DNA of 64,000 nucleotides, from assembly GCA_041663285.1 (NCBI GenBank), contig JBAZSP010000001.1, positions 81,838-145,837 of the forward strand. The letters are read 5' to 3'. The translations under genes and the position numbers were made by a program. A model generated the notes under the pieces. It searched no databases. It saw only the letters and a program-made list of their open reading frames with translations, and was not told the DNA's origin. Position 1 is the stretch's first letter. Each line of letters opens with the position of its first letter. The stretch is from Candidatus Shapirobacteria bacterium (GTDB lineage: Bacteria > Patescibacteriota > Microgenomatia > UBA12405). Shown one piece after another: positions 8,850 to 18,622 of this stretch.

Positions 8850-9614
8850 GTTAGCTGCATTCTTGTCAATAATTTCTTCCGTTTCTTCAAATCCCATCGT
8901 CCAAATTTTAGCTATCTTTTTATAAATAAATTCCACATATTCCGGTTTATTAGTCTGCCCTCGGTAGGGCAGGGGAGCCAGAAAAGGGCTGTCGGTTTCG
9001 GCCAATAATCTATCTTTCGGTATCGCCGCTACTACTTCACTTAGTCCAACTTCATAAGTCAAATTCCCGTCAATGCCAAAATACCAACCCTGTCCCAAAT
9101 CCAGCACCTTTTTTATCCTTTTCTTACCGCCGGCATAGCAGTGGAACACACCTTTTAAGTGCTTATATTCGGCCAATATTTTTATCACCTCATCTGCCGC
9201 TTTTCGGGCATGGATGATTAAGGGTAGGTTATTTTTTTGAGCTAATTCAACTTGCCCCCTAAATAGCCTTTCCTGCTCTACCGGGCTTCTCTCGCTTTCA
9301 TCCGGTGGGGGAGGGCTAAAATCTAAACCCGTTTCCCCTATTGCCACCACATTTTTATTTTTATCCCCATCGATCAATATTCTTAACTCTTCCAACTGCT
9401 TTTCGATTGGAGTTGTATTTTCTGGATCAGTGCATTGGGGGTGCACCCCCACACTTGCCCAAAACTGGCCAATATTTTGCTTCGCCAGTTCAACGTTCTC
9501 TCTCGAATCCGCCAGATTGCTCGCAGCTAAAATTATTTTTACACCTTGAGCCAAAGACAGCCCCGCCGCTGCGGGGCAAAATCTTTTTGATAAATGGGCA
9601 TGAGTATCGATCAT
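8829..9614 (-). CDS. tatD: TatD-family metal-dependent hydrolase/DNase
   Basis: N-terminal IDTHAHL, GETGLDF, and conserved His/Asp ladder, 261 aa. Confidence 0.85.
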   Translation of the reverse strand: MIDTHAHLSKRFCPAAAGLSLAQGVKIILAASNLADSRENVELAKQNIGQFWASVGVHPQCTDPENTTPIEKQLEELRILIDGDKNKNVVAIGETGLDFSPPPPDESERSPVEQERLFRGQVELAQKNNLPLIIHARKAADEVIKILAEYKHLKGVFHCYAGGKKRIKKVLDLGQGWYFGIDGNLTYEVGLSEVVAAIPKDRLLAETDSPFLAPLPYRGQTNKPEYVEFIYKKIAKIWTMGFEETEEIIDKNAANLFNIVL

Positions 9615-10106
9615 AACGATTTATCATTTTAACTTATTTTTTCTATAATCTACTATGCCTTTAGCCATCTATACCTTTAGAACTTTTCCGATGGTTAAAG
9701 ACCTAAAAAAGCAATTTGCTGGTCTCTTTGTTTTTAGCCATCTCAAGTCCGATATCGAATCTTTTTCCGCTCCAACTGGTAACCTAAATCTAACTGTTCC
9801 GTTTCCTGTCGACTATTTTGATATGTCGAGTAATCGTTTCCCTCTTATTATCTTTGGATTCCAAATGCCCAACTTTTCAATATTCTTATTAGTGTTTTCG
9901 AGCTTGACGTTCTTAGTGCCACCACCACGCTCTTACGCATTTGGTGACATCGGTGGGCTTACCCCTTTTATTAAGTCAATGCAAAAAGACTTTATGGAAG
10001 TAGAATTGCGGGGGATGATTTATTCACGTAGCGACCACGACACCTAACACGGCGCATACGCCGAAACGTTGAGAAAGATTTTCTTTTAGCTTATACTTTT
10101 TTACAA

Positions 10107-10499
10107 GTGAAAAAGAAGAACATACTTTTCGTCATCCTTATTCTCGTAGTACTCGTAGCTCCTTTATATTATATTTTTAATAAAAGCACTCCTTGTTCAA
10201 CAAACTCAGATTGTCAAAGAGATCAGACATGCACTGATAAAAAATGTGTTAAAGTAGGTTGCCTTGGGGAAGGAGAAGCACCTCTCGCCGCCTCAGCAAA
10301 CCCCGAAGCATCCGCTCATCGCCCCAACAAATGTTGTTCTGGATATTCAAAGGTAACACCCGCCAGGCAATATGACGAAAATTGCCGTTACCAAATCATG
10401 CCAGGAGCCATAAGTTTTTTTTGTAGTAAAAAATGCGGCAATGGGTCATGTGATGATGGCGAAACAAAATGTAACTGTCCCCAGGATTGCAAAAGCTAA
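10107..10499 (+). CDS. small Cys-rich secreted protein (about 17 Cys in 130 aa) with N-terminal signal/TM
   Basis: Hydrophobic N-terminus, then CSTNSDCQRDQTCTDKKCVKVGC...CCSGY...CGNGSCDDGETKCNCPQDC. No family assignment made. Confidence 0.45.
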   Translation: MKKKNILFVILILVVLVAPLYYIFNKSTPCSTNSDCQRDQTCTDKKCVKVGCLGEGEAPLAASANPEASAHRPNKCCSGYSKVTPARQYDENCRYQIMPGAISFFCSKKCGNGSCDDGETKCNCPQDCKS

Positions 10500-10654
10500 A
10501 GAAAACTTCTTCGTCGCTTCGCTCCTTCGATCCCGTTGCACTCGTTCTCTCATATTGCTCGCGAGATGGGGGGTATAATCAATTCTATCTGGCGGCAACA
10601 TTAGATACTCGCAAACATTAGGCGAAATTTATTTTAAATACCTTTAAAATATTT

Positions 10655-11215
10655 ATGAAAAAATATAAGAATATTTGGAATCTGGCGGTAAAATATTTAG
10701 AGAAAGGCATCAATAAAGATTTTGTGATTCATACCGAAGGAGTAGTTAAGGCTATGAAATTGATTCTTAAAAAGGAAAAAGGTAATCCGGATATTTTGAT
10801 ACCGGCCGCTATGCTTCACGATGTAGGCTGGGCAAAAGTTCCAAAAAAATATCAATGTACCACCAACAAAACAGACAAGTTGCAGGGAATGAAACTTCAT
10901 ATTAAATTTGCCCCAGAAATTATTAGAGAAATTCTAAAGTCGTTAAATTATAATGTTTTTCAGATTAATGAAATAATTGATATTGTCAAAGCCCATAAGT
11001 TTAAAAACCCCAAAAAACTTAGTAAGCAAATATTGATTGATGCCGATCAACTTTCCGACGCATTCAAGAAACAATTCTACAGTGATGCAAAAGCTTACAA
11101 AATGACACCAGAAAATAATTATTATATTAGAATAAAGGATAATAATTTCTACACCAAAGTTGCGAAAGATATATTTTTGGAACAGATGGGGCAAAGAAGG
11201 AAAGAATTCGTGTGA
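10655..11215 (+). CDS. HD-domain phosphohydrolase
   Basis: H...HD motif region (IHTEGV ... AAMLHDVGW), 186 aa. Confidence 0.55.
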   Translation: MKKYKNIWNLAVKYLEKGINKDFVIHTEGVVKAMKLILKKEKGNPDILIPAAMLHDVGWAKVPKKYQCTTNKTDKLQGMKLHIKFAPEIIREILKSLNYNVFQINEIIDIVKAHKFKNPKKLSKQILIDADQLSDAFKKQFYSDAKAYKMTPENNYYIRIKDNNFYTKVAKDIFLEQMGQRRKEFV

Positions 11216-11802
11216 AAATATTTCTCATCGGTCCGGGTGGTGTTGGCAAATCAACTTCTGGGCAGATATTAGCAGGTTTGCTTGGTTACAATTTCATCGA
11301 TCTAGACACGGAATTCTGCCAACGTCTTGAAAATGTTGGTGACTACATAAAAAGGCATGGCTACGAAAAATACTGCTACGAAAATTCAAAACTATTTTAT
11401 GAAATCATAAGCCAGCATTTAGAAAATTTTGTTTTCTCTCTATCGTCTGGATTTTTGGTTCACGAAAATATGGATAATTTAACCATGAAGCACAAACGTA
11501 CTTTGAAAGATCTGGGAATTTCCATTTTGTTACTTCCGTCTAGGTCTTTAGCCACCAGTACCAGAATTGTGGTTAGCAGGCAACTTTTAAGGGGTTTTGG
11601 TCTAAAGGAAGACAGAGAAAAAACAAAAATTATTCAACGCTATCCAAAATATAAGAAGATGGGCGATATAAAAATCTTTTCGCATGCTAAGCCCGAAGCC
11701 ATCGCCAGCCAAATGAAAGAAAAAGTCGCATTTTATATCGAAAAAAACAAAAACATCATTACAAAAGGTGGTCATAAAATCTTAACACTGTTGGTAGGTT
11801 AG
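11212..11802 (+). CDS. P-loop NTPase, shikimate-kinase-like small-molecule kinase
   Basis: Walker A IFLIGPGGVGKST followed by an FIDLD motif arranged as in AroK/gluconokinase-type kinases. Confidence 0.45.
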   Translation: MKIFLIGPGGVGKSTSGQILAGLLGYNFIDLDTEFCQRLENVGDYIKRHGYEKYCYENSKLFYEIISQHLENFVFSLSSGFLVHENMDNLTMKHKRTLKDLGISILLLPSRSLATSTRIVVSRQLLRGFGLKEDREKTKIIQRYPKYKKMGDIKIFSHAKPEAIASQMKEKVAFYIEKNKNIITKGGHKILTLLVG

Positions 11803-11813
11803 AATAGGAAAAT

Positions 11814-12272
11814 TTGCAGTACCTTGCATTTGTTATAATCATCCTAACTATGGACTGGTCAGAATTCGATAGAGGAGTTTTTTTACTTAACGTACTCGCA
11901 ATTGTTTACAACCCCCAAACACGACAAATTTTGATTGGTTTGCGACAAAACGATCCGTATTTAAAGGAGTTATCCTGGTGCTTCCCCGGTGGTCGGCCGG
12001 CTTATGAAAACGATCTGGAGTATTATTTGAAGCTTGAGGTCAAAAAAAAGACTAATTTGGATATCGAAGTAAAAAATATAATTTTCGCCAAAACTTATCC
12101 CGAAAAAAGAGAGTTTTTATCAATTTACTACCATTGTGAAGTCGTTGGTGGCCAGGAAAAAGTCGGAGAAAAATTTGTTGACTTAAAGTGGACTAAACCC
12201 TCCGAAGTTCAAAGTTACTTCACCACCTCATTGCATCCGATTATCCTAAACTACTTAAAAACTCTCGACTAA
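11814..12272 (+). CDS. putative NUDIX hydrolase
   Basis: Degenerate Nudix-box-like segment GGRPAYENDLEYYLKLEVKKKTNL, 152 aa. Confidence 0.35.
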   Translation: MQYLAFVIIILTMDWSEFDRGVFLLNVLAIVYNPQTRQILIGLRQNDPYLKELSWCFPGGRPAYENDLEYYLKLEVKKKTNLDIEVKNIIFAKTYPEKREFLSIYYHCEVVGGQEKVGEKFVDLKWTKPSEVQSYFTTSLHPIILNYLKTLD

Positions 12273-12275
12273 CTG

Positions 12276-13679
12276 CTATTTAATCCTTGGAAACAGTGGT
12301 TTTTCCAGCCCCTTCCCGTTAGTTAAGGTCTCTTTGATCTTCTTGGCTGTTTCCGGCATTACCGGCTCCAAATACTCGGCCGCTACTAATAGATTTTCTC
12401 CTGCCAACTTTAGTACTTCCAATCTATTTGGATCATCCGTTGCCAATTTCCACGGGGCCACTTCGTTCAGCCTGACGTTAGTATTATCAACGTAATTGGC
12501 AAACACCCATCCAATCGCCTCATCAAATCTCAAGTTGTTTACATGATCAATATAGTTTTGATTTATTCTTGAATCATGAATCATGAATCTTGTTTCAGAA
12601 CTTAGTTTTGCCACTCTTGACACCAAGTTTCCCAGATTATTGGCCAGATCGGCGTTATATCTTTCTTTGAATCTCTCAATTCCAATATCGCTATCATTTT
12701 CCGTCGGGATTGATCTGGCTATCAGGTACCTGGATCCGTCAACTCCGAACAAGTCAATCAACTGCTGAGGCGAGATGACATTACCCAAAGATTTCGACAT
12801 TTTTTGGCCATCAATAATATAAAAACTATGGGTGTAGGTCTTTACTGGTAAAGGTAGCTCGGCCGACAAAAGCATTGCTTGCCAGATGACCGTATGAAAC
12901 CAGAGGATTTCTTTTCCCAAAAGGTGCAGTGATGCCGGCCAATACTCATTTTTGCCCTCAACAAACTGGCAAGCGCTGTAATAATTCAACAACGCATCAA
13001 ACCACACATACACCGTTTGTGATGGGTCCCAGGGGGTGGGAATTCCCCACTTAACATTTTCCCGGCTTATTGAAACATCCTTTACTCCTGCCTTTAGTTT
13101 TGCCAATACCTCCGATCTCTTGCCTTCGGGGAATATATAATTAGTTCCGGAATCTTCGATTAACTTAATAATTACCGGGACGTATTTACTTAATTTAAAA
13201 AACCAATTATCTTCACTTTTCCAGACCGTCTTTTCCGGCGGGTGAAGCAGGCAATGCTTATCCACCATGTCCGTCTCGGTCAAAAACTTTTCACAGCCAA
13301 TGCAGTAATAACCCTCATATTTACCCCGGTAAACATCACCGTTATCGTATATCTTTTGAAGAATTTGGTTTACGACTTGCTTGTGTCTTGGGTCGGTAGT
13401 TCTGATAAAAAAATCATGGCTGATATTCATCGCCTTCCAGGCTTCTTCAAAACGGGGGGCAATTTTGTCGCAATAATCCTGTGGTTCCAGGCCTTCTTTA
13501 GCGGCTGATTCGGCAACTTTTTGACCGTGCTCATCCGTTCCGGTCAAAAAAAAGACTTCTTCGCCTAATTTACGGTGTAATCTGGCGATAACGTCAGCCG
13601 CTACCGTCGTGCTGGCGTGGCCAATGTGGGGAACGTCATTAATATAGTAAATCGGGGTGGTTACAAAAAACTTTTTCAT
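12276..13679 (-). CDS. metG: methionine--tRNA ligase (short form)
   Basis: HIGH-type motif PHIGHASTT, KMSKS motif KMSKSLGNV, Zn-knuckle-free short architecture, 467 aa. Confidence 0.9.
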   Translation of the reverse strand: MKKFFVTTPIYYINDVPHIGHASTTVAADVIARLHRKLGEEVFFLTGTDEHGQKVAESAAKEGLEPQDYCDKIAPRFEEAWKAMNISHDFFIRTTDPRHKQVVNQILQKIYDNGDVYRGKYEGYYCIGCEKFLTETDMVDKHCLLHPPEKTVWKSEDNWFFKLSKYVPVIIKLIEDSGTNYIFPEGKRSEVLAKLKAGVKDVSISRENVKWGIPTPWDPSQTVYVWFDALLNYYSACQFVEGKNEYWPASLHLLGKEILWFHTVIWQAMLLSAELPLPVKTYTHSFYIIDGQKMSKSLGNVISPQQLIDLFGVDGSRYLIARSIPTENDSDIGIERFKERYNADLANNLGNLVSRVAKLSSETRFMIHDSRINQNYIDHVNNLRFDEAIGWVFANYVDNTNVRLNEVAPWKLATDDPNRLEVLKLAGENLLVAAEYLEPVMPETAKKIKETLTNGKGLEKPLFPRIK

Positions 13680-13724
13680 CGCTGCCTAAAAAACAATAAC
13701 TCTATTCTACCTGAACAGCTTAAA

Positions 13725-13994
13725 CTACGCCATTTTTTTAGCTGGTTTGGCCGGCTTTAGGCTCTCCACTTTTCTTGAAAAACGGGCTTTTAGTCTCTTG
13801 GCCTTATTCAGGTGAAAGATATTGTTTTTTACCGCTTTGTCTACTACCGAAAAAACCAGACTCAAACCTTCCTGGCTCGGCTTAGCCAAAAACTTCTTAA
13901 TCTCTATTTTTGTTTTTCTGGTTAAATTATCATTCCGTTTCCGGTTTTTAATTGATTTCCTCAATGATTTTTTGGCTGATAAACTTATTGGCAT
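13725..13994 (-). CDS. rpsT: 30S ribosomal protein S20
   Basis: Basic 89-aa protein with N-terminus SAKKSLRKSIKNRKRN typical of S20. Confidence 0.75.
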   Translation of the reverse strand: MPISLSAKKSLRKSIKNRKRNDNLTRKTKIEIKKFLAKPSQEGLSLVFSVVDKAVKNNIFHLNKAKRLKARFSRKVESLKPAKPAKKMA

Positions 13995-14086
13995 GGTCAG
14001 TATTTTAGACTAAGACGCCCTGTTTTACAATTGTCAGGGTTTGCTCGTAGCTTTTTTACCTTTTCTCTACTATAAAATATAGCGTA

Positions 14087-15724
14087 ATGACCATTCAGGA
14101 CCGGATCAAACAAATTACTACCCAAAAGCAGAGCACCATTATTTCGGCGTCAATTGTATTGGGCTTGACATTCGGTCTTTCAGCCATATTAGGTTTTCTA
14201 CGAAGTCGCTTTCTTTACTCCCGGTTCTTTTCTTGTTGTGTCAGTCAGCTGGACGCCTATAACGCTGCTTTCCGTTTGCCCGACTTACTTTTTAAATTGC
14301 TGGTTACCGGAGCCTTATCGGCTTCGTTTATCCCGGTGTTTTCAAGCTACCTTCACCAGGACGAAAAACGAGCCAACAAGATGGCTTCGGTAATTATTAA
14401 CCTCTTGCTCTTGATTTTTATATCTGCCGGAGTATTAGCCTTAATCTTCACCCGACCGATTTCCGAGCTAATCGCCACCGGTTTTTCCCCCGCCCAAATC
14501 GACCTTATGGTCGGCTTAAGCCGGATACTTCTGATAGCCCAACTATTTTTCCTTATCAGTAATTTTATTACCGGAATACTTCAGGTTCACCAGGCCTTCC
14601 TTATACCGGCGTTTTCTCCCATAATTTACAATATCTTTATTATCCTTGGAATTTTTGCCCTTAGCCCGACCTTTGGTATTTATGGAGTGGCTTATGGTGT
14701 TGTTGTTGGCGCCTTTTTCCATTTGGCGATCCAAATACCGGTGGTCCGAAAATTCGGCTTTCACTATTCATTTACTCTTGACACCAAAAGCCATGGTGTC
14801 CGTGAAGTGTTCCGGTTAATGTTACCCCGAAGCTTATCGCTGGGCTTGGGCGAAATCGAAAACACCGTCACCCTCTTTTTTGCCAGCACCCTGGCCGTTG
14901 GTTCGATCTCTCTTTTAAACTTAGCTCTTCAATTAATTTTTTTACCCAGCCGGATTTTTGGTACCACCGTTGGCCAGGCCTCCCTGCCGATTCTTTCCAA
15001 AAACATTGCCCACAACGAGCTCGATCAGTTCAAATCCACTGTCGATAAAGCCATATTCCAAAGTCTTTTTATATCTCTGCCCGTCGGCATCTTAATGCTG
15101 GTTCTAAGGTTACCTATAGTTAGGATTGTCTTCGGCGCCAGGCAGTTTCCTTGGTCTGCTACTCTCCAAACTGCCAGGATTTTAGCCTTTTTGTTTCCGG
15201 TAATCGTCTGCCAGGCTGTCATCCAAATTTTGATCCGCTCGTTTTATGCCCTTCACAACACCAAGACACCTTTATATGTATCGGCTGTTTCTCTTACCGT
15301 CAACGTCCTGATTAATTTTTTATTAATTAATTTTACTTCACTCGGAGTTGTGGGTTTGGCCATCAGTACTTCTGTCGGTAATCTCATCCAGATGACTGGC
15401 TTGTTCTACCTCTTTTGCCAAATAGTTCCCAATTTTGTTGGTTATACCACTTTCCTGCGGGTTGGCAAAATATTTCTGGCCTCAGCCAGCCTTGGTCTCT
15501 CGTCTTGGCTTGCCCTAAGGCTCTTTGACTCCCCAACTTTGCTTGATACTTCCAAAACTGTCAATCTGATTTTCCTTTCGGCCATCTCCTTTATCATTGG
15601 AGGAGCCACCTACTTGTTTGTTTCCCGGCTTCTTCGGGTTAGCGAGCTGGAAGATTACAAAAACATTTGGCTTAAGTTCAAGGCCATAATTCGTAATTTT
15701 AAACTCGCCAAAGCTGTAGGCTAA
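14087..15724 (+). CDS. murJ: lipid II flippase MurJ (MviN)
   Basis: 545 aa, ~14 TM helices, and an N-terminal segment LGFLRSRFLYSRF...DAYNAAFRLPDLLFKLLVTGALSASFIPVFS characteristic of MurJ. Confidence 0.85.
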   Translation: MTIQDRIKQITTQKQSTIISASIVLGLTFGLSAILGFLRSRFLYSRFFSCCVSQLDAYNAAFRLPDLLFKLLVTGALSASFIPVFSSYLHQDEKRANKMASVIINLLLLIFISAGVLALIFTRPISELIATGFSPAQIDLMVGLSRILLIAQLFFLISNFITGILQVHQAFLIPAFSPIIYNIFIILGIFALSPTFGIYGVAYGVVVGAFFHLAIQIPVVRKFGFHYSFTLDTKSHGVREVFRLMLPRSLSLGLGEIENTVTLFFASTLAVGSISLLNLALQLIFLPSRIFGTTVGQASLPILSKNIAHNELDQFKSTVDKAIFQSLFISLPVGILMLVLRLPIVRIVFGARQFPWSATLQTARILAFLFPVIVCQAVIQILIRSFYALHNTKTPLYVSAVSLTVNVLINFLLINFTSLGVVGLAISTSVGNLIQMTGLFYLFCQIVPNFVGYTTFLRVGKIFLASASLGLSSWLALRLFDSPTLLDTSKTVNLIFLSAISFIIGGATYLFVSRLLRVSELEDYKNIWLKFKAIIRNFKLAKAVG

Positions 15725-15823
15725 GACCAGCATAGTAAAATATTTTTTTTGGCAACGGGAAACAGGTACTTAATATCCTCGACGGTTTATTTCCCAACTT
15801 CAGTCGTATATACTGATTTAGAT

Positions 15824-16393
15824 ATGCCTGCCAAAAAGGAAATTTCACTATTACCTGATTCCGAAAATGTTAATTCCTTTAGTTCCCGTCTACTCCGTTG
15901 GCTGACAACTGCCGGCCGGTTTGTCATCGTCTTTACCGAGTTAATTGTAATCTGCGCTTTTATCTCTCGCTTTTGGCTCGACCGCAAAAACTCCGATCTC
16001 TCCGAAATCCTACGCCAGCAGAAAGCTATTCTTGAAAGCACCCAAACTTTCGAAAAAGAATACGCTCTGCTCCAGCAGCGTCTAAAATTTATCAAAGGTT
16101 TTTACCAAAATCAGCCCAAATATTCTAAACAATTATATTCCTTAATTGAATCGACTCCTCCCGACATTGTTTTCCAAAAAATGGATCTGGCAGCCGATAC
16201 CAAAACCGGCAAAATTACGGCCAATGTTGACCTTGAAGCTTTTAAGGAAGAATCTTTGGTTGATTTTGTCACCAATCTGATGGTCAACCCCAACATCGAG
16301 AGCGTAGTGGTCAACACCATTACTAAAAAGCCCAAACAGAACAACTACCAAATCAAAGTTTCTCTTCTTTTTACCAATCAACCCAAAGGTTAA
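15824..16393 (+). CDS. PilN-like bitopic membrane protein (type IV pilus/type II secretion assembly component)
   Basis: The longest ORF starts at 15749, but the internal start at 15824 (MPAKKEISLLPD...) yields the PilN-type N-terminus with an INLLP-like motif (ISLLP). A single TM helix, a coiled-coil and a periplasmic domain follow. Confidence 0.35.
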   Translation: MPAKKEISLLPDSENVNSFSSRLLRWLTTAGRFVIVFTELIVICAFISRFWLDRKNSDLSEILRQQKAILESTQTFEKEYALLQQRLKFIKGFYQNQPKYSKQLYSLIESTPPDIVFQKMDLAADTKTGKITANVDLEAFKEESLVDFVTNLMVNPNIESVVVNTITKKPKQNNYQIKVSLLFTNQPKG

Positions 16394-17034
16394 TGCCAAT
16401 ATCTTCATTTTCCCAATCAAAGCCGCTCTACGAATTCCTCCGAAAACAGCAGGATAATGAAAAATTCAACCGCGGATTGGAAATCACCGGTACCTTTATT
16501 TTAATTTCTTTTTTTCTTTTCTTCGCCATCAAGCCTACCGCCTACACCATCTCATCTCTTTTGGGTGATATAAGGTCGAAAGAGGAATTAATAAAAAAAA
16601 TGAGGACCAAAATCAATACCGTTATTCAAGCCCAGGAATCCTTTTCCCTTATCCAGGGTAAGTACCGCCTGGTTGACTCCAGTCTGCCCGATTCTGCCAG
16701 GTTCAACCAAGCTTACACCCAAGTTACTGGTTCCCTTCAGTCATCCGGCTTAAATCAATCCAAAATCCCTTTTTCTCTTCCCCTAAATTCTTCTTATCCG
16801 GCTTCTTCCCATGTGTCGGTTTTCGCCTCCAATTTGGCACTGGACGCCAGTTTCTCACAAGCTGTAAATTTTATTAATAAACTCACCAACAATCGACGAC
16901 TAGTTGACATCAAGTCGATTTCTTTTTTCCGTCCCAGTATTGGATCAGGCACCGATTCATCTTCTGGTACCATTAAGGTCAATTTTGGGATAGAGTATTT
17001 ATATTGGGACTCAACATCAAATGAAAAAAAGTAA
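16393..17034 (+). CDS. PilO-like bitopic membrane protein
   Basis: Short cytoplasmic N-terminus, one TM, coiled-coil, periplasmic domain. Start overlaps the upstream stop (ATGA coupling). Confidence 0.3.
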   Translation: MPISSFSQSKPLYEFLRKQQDNEKFNRGLEITGTFILISFFLFFAIKPTAYTISSLLGDIRSKEELIKKMRTKINTVIQAQESFSLIQGKYRLVDSSLPDSARFNQAYTQVTGSLQSSGLNQSKIPFSLPLNSSYPASSHVSVFASNLALDASFSQAVNFINKLTNNRRLVDIKSISFFRPSIGSGTDSSSGTIKVNFGIEYLYWDSTSNEKK

Positions 17035-17269
17035 GCTTTCCAGCTATCTCATAACCTTTTCCGTTATCACCTTCCTTACTATCTTTTTTCTAATTGCCGA
17101 AAACAGCTATTCCAAAATGGTCGGTCCCATCAAGATTGCCCAGGCCAACAATTTAATGACTCCGGTCGATCCTAATCTCGACTCCGATGTTGTTCTCCAA
17201 ATTGAAAATCGGGACGAATTTGTTTCCGATGATCAGGTAGTCATATCTTCTTTACCCGCCAATGATTAA
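17021..17269 (+). CDS. small membrane protein (82 aa)
   Basis: Single N-terminal TM; translationally coupled within the 15.8-18.6 kb gene string. Confidence 0.25.
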   Translation: MKKSKLSSYLITFSVITFLTIFFLIAENSYSKMVGPIKIAQANNLMTPVDPNLDSDVVLQIENRDEFVSDDQVVISSLPAND

Positions 17270-18569
17270 AGAAATAAAGATTCCGACCATATTAGGCACT
17301 TTCCTGTTAATCTTTGGTCTGACCGGAGGACTATATTTGACCACTAACCCCACCGCCTTTGGCTCCAAAGCAAACGCTTCCTGCCAGCCCCAAAATCCCC
17401 AAGTTACAAACATTACTAACAATTCGTTTGATGTTTCTTTTTTAACCACATCCGCCTGTTCCTGCTCACTCCAGGTAGAAAATCTCCCCTACCTCGATGT
17501 CAAAGAAAACTCACCGGTTCATTATTTCCAAGTTACCAATCTCAAAGCTTCTACCCCCTATCAATATCAATTTATTTGTCAAGATGCCGTTTATCAAAAA
17601 TCCGAATATCAAATTACCACCGCCATTTCGCCTTCTACACCCTCTTCAACCTCAACTTTAGCTTGGGGTAAAGTTCTAGTTGCCTCACAGCAACCCGCTC
17701 CAAATTCGATTGTTTATCTTAACATCCCCGGAGCTTCACCTTTATCAGCCTTGGTTACTTCGGATGGCAATTGGGCCATCCCTCACGCCATCTCTTTTAA
17801 CGACCTAAGGACCGACTGGTTTAACCCTCCGGCCAATACCGCCGAGGATCTCATTATCATCTCCGCCGACGGGCCCCAAACCCAAATCCTGGGTAGCACC
17901 TCCTCGAATTCACCTGTACCGGATATCATTCTTGGCCAGGATCAGTTAAATCCGCAAGATCATCCCGTCGATTCTGCGCTGGGTGATTTACCTACCTCAT
18001 CGTCCCAGCCGATAACAACACTTGAGTTGACCAACCCCAAGGACGGTGAAGTAGTCCACACTAGTCAGCCGGAATTTTTTGGGAAAGCCCCGGAAAACTC
18101 TATTCTGCAAATAACTATAGAATCCGACCAGGTAATAAATGAACAACTTGCAGTTGGTCAGGACGGTCGTTGGTCATATGCTTCGCCAACCGGCCTCGCT
18201 CCCGGTGAACACACCATTATCATAAAAGTCCAAAATCCGGTCACTCAAATTTGGCAAACTATCACCCGCCGTTTTGTTGTTAATGCTCAGTCGGGTGGTG
18301 ACTCCCTGGCTTTTACCGCTTCAGCATCGGCCACCTTAGCTCCGACAGCTCTCCCTTCTCCAAGTCAACGTCCCACCCAGACCATCTCACCGACAATCTC
18401 TCAAATTACCCCCACCCACATACCGACGGTGGCACCTACCGTTATTATTGTCCAGCCTAGTGTTACCGGGCCACTGGAGAAAACCAGTAACGTTATTCCC
18501 ACCTCGCTGTTATTCTTTTTTGCCGCAGCGGCCTTTGTGTCCGGCTTGTTACTTATCAGGAAAAATTAA
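17262..18569 (+). CDS. cell-surface protein with N-terminal anchor, FN3-like domain and C-terminal motif-hydrophobic-basic tail
   Basis: N-terminal TM. The segment SFDVSFLTTSA...TNLKASTPYQYQF has an FN3-like pattern. C-terminus is ...PSVTGPLEKTSNVIPTSLLFFFAAAAFVSGLLLIRKN, i.e. a hydrophobic segment plus a positive tail like a sorting signal. Confidence 0.45.
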   Translation: MIKEIKIPTILGTFLLIFGLTGGLYLTTNPTAFGSKANASCQPQNPQVTNITNNSFDVSFLTTSACSCSLQVENLPYLDVKENSPVHYFQVTNLKASTPYQYQFICQDAVYQKSEYQITTAISPSTPSSTSTLAWGKVLVASQQPAPNSIVYLNIPGASPLSALVTSDGNWAIPHAISFNDLRTDWFNPPANTAEDLIIISADGPQTQILGSTSSNSPVPDIILGQDQLNPQDHPVDSALGDLPTSSSQPITTLELTNPKDGEVVHTSQPEFFGKAPENSILQITIESDQVINEQLAVGQDGRWSYASPTGLAPGEHTIIIKVQNPVTQIWQTITRRFVVNAQSGGDSLAFTASASATLAPTALPSPSQRPTQTISPTISQITPTHIPTVAPTVIIVQPSVTGPLEKTSNVIPTSLLFFFAAAAFVSGLLLIRKN

Positions 18570-18622
18570 GTTATTCATGTATTGCATCCGGCATAACAAT
18601 CGTCTAAACTGGTATCAAATCA

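Noticed and set aside
9905-10047. tmRNA suspicion (gccaccacca and gggggatgatt segments)
   Set aside because: There is no GGAUUCGAC-type 5' motif, no T-loop and no consistent acceptor pairing; the spacing is incompatible with a ~350-nt tmRNA without overlapping tatD.
10500-10654. Possible tRNA (ccttcgatccc resembles a T-loop)
   Set aside because: Flanking sequence cannot form a T-stem, acceptor stem or anticodon arm on either strand. No tRNA was identified anywhere in the window by eye, but this should be confirmed with tRNAscan-SE.
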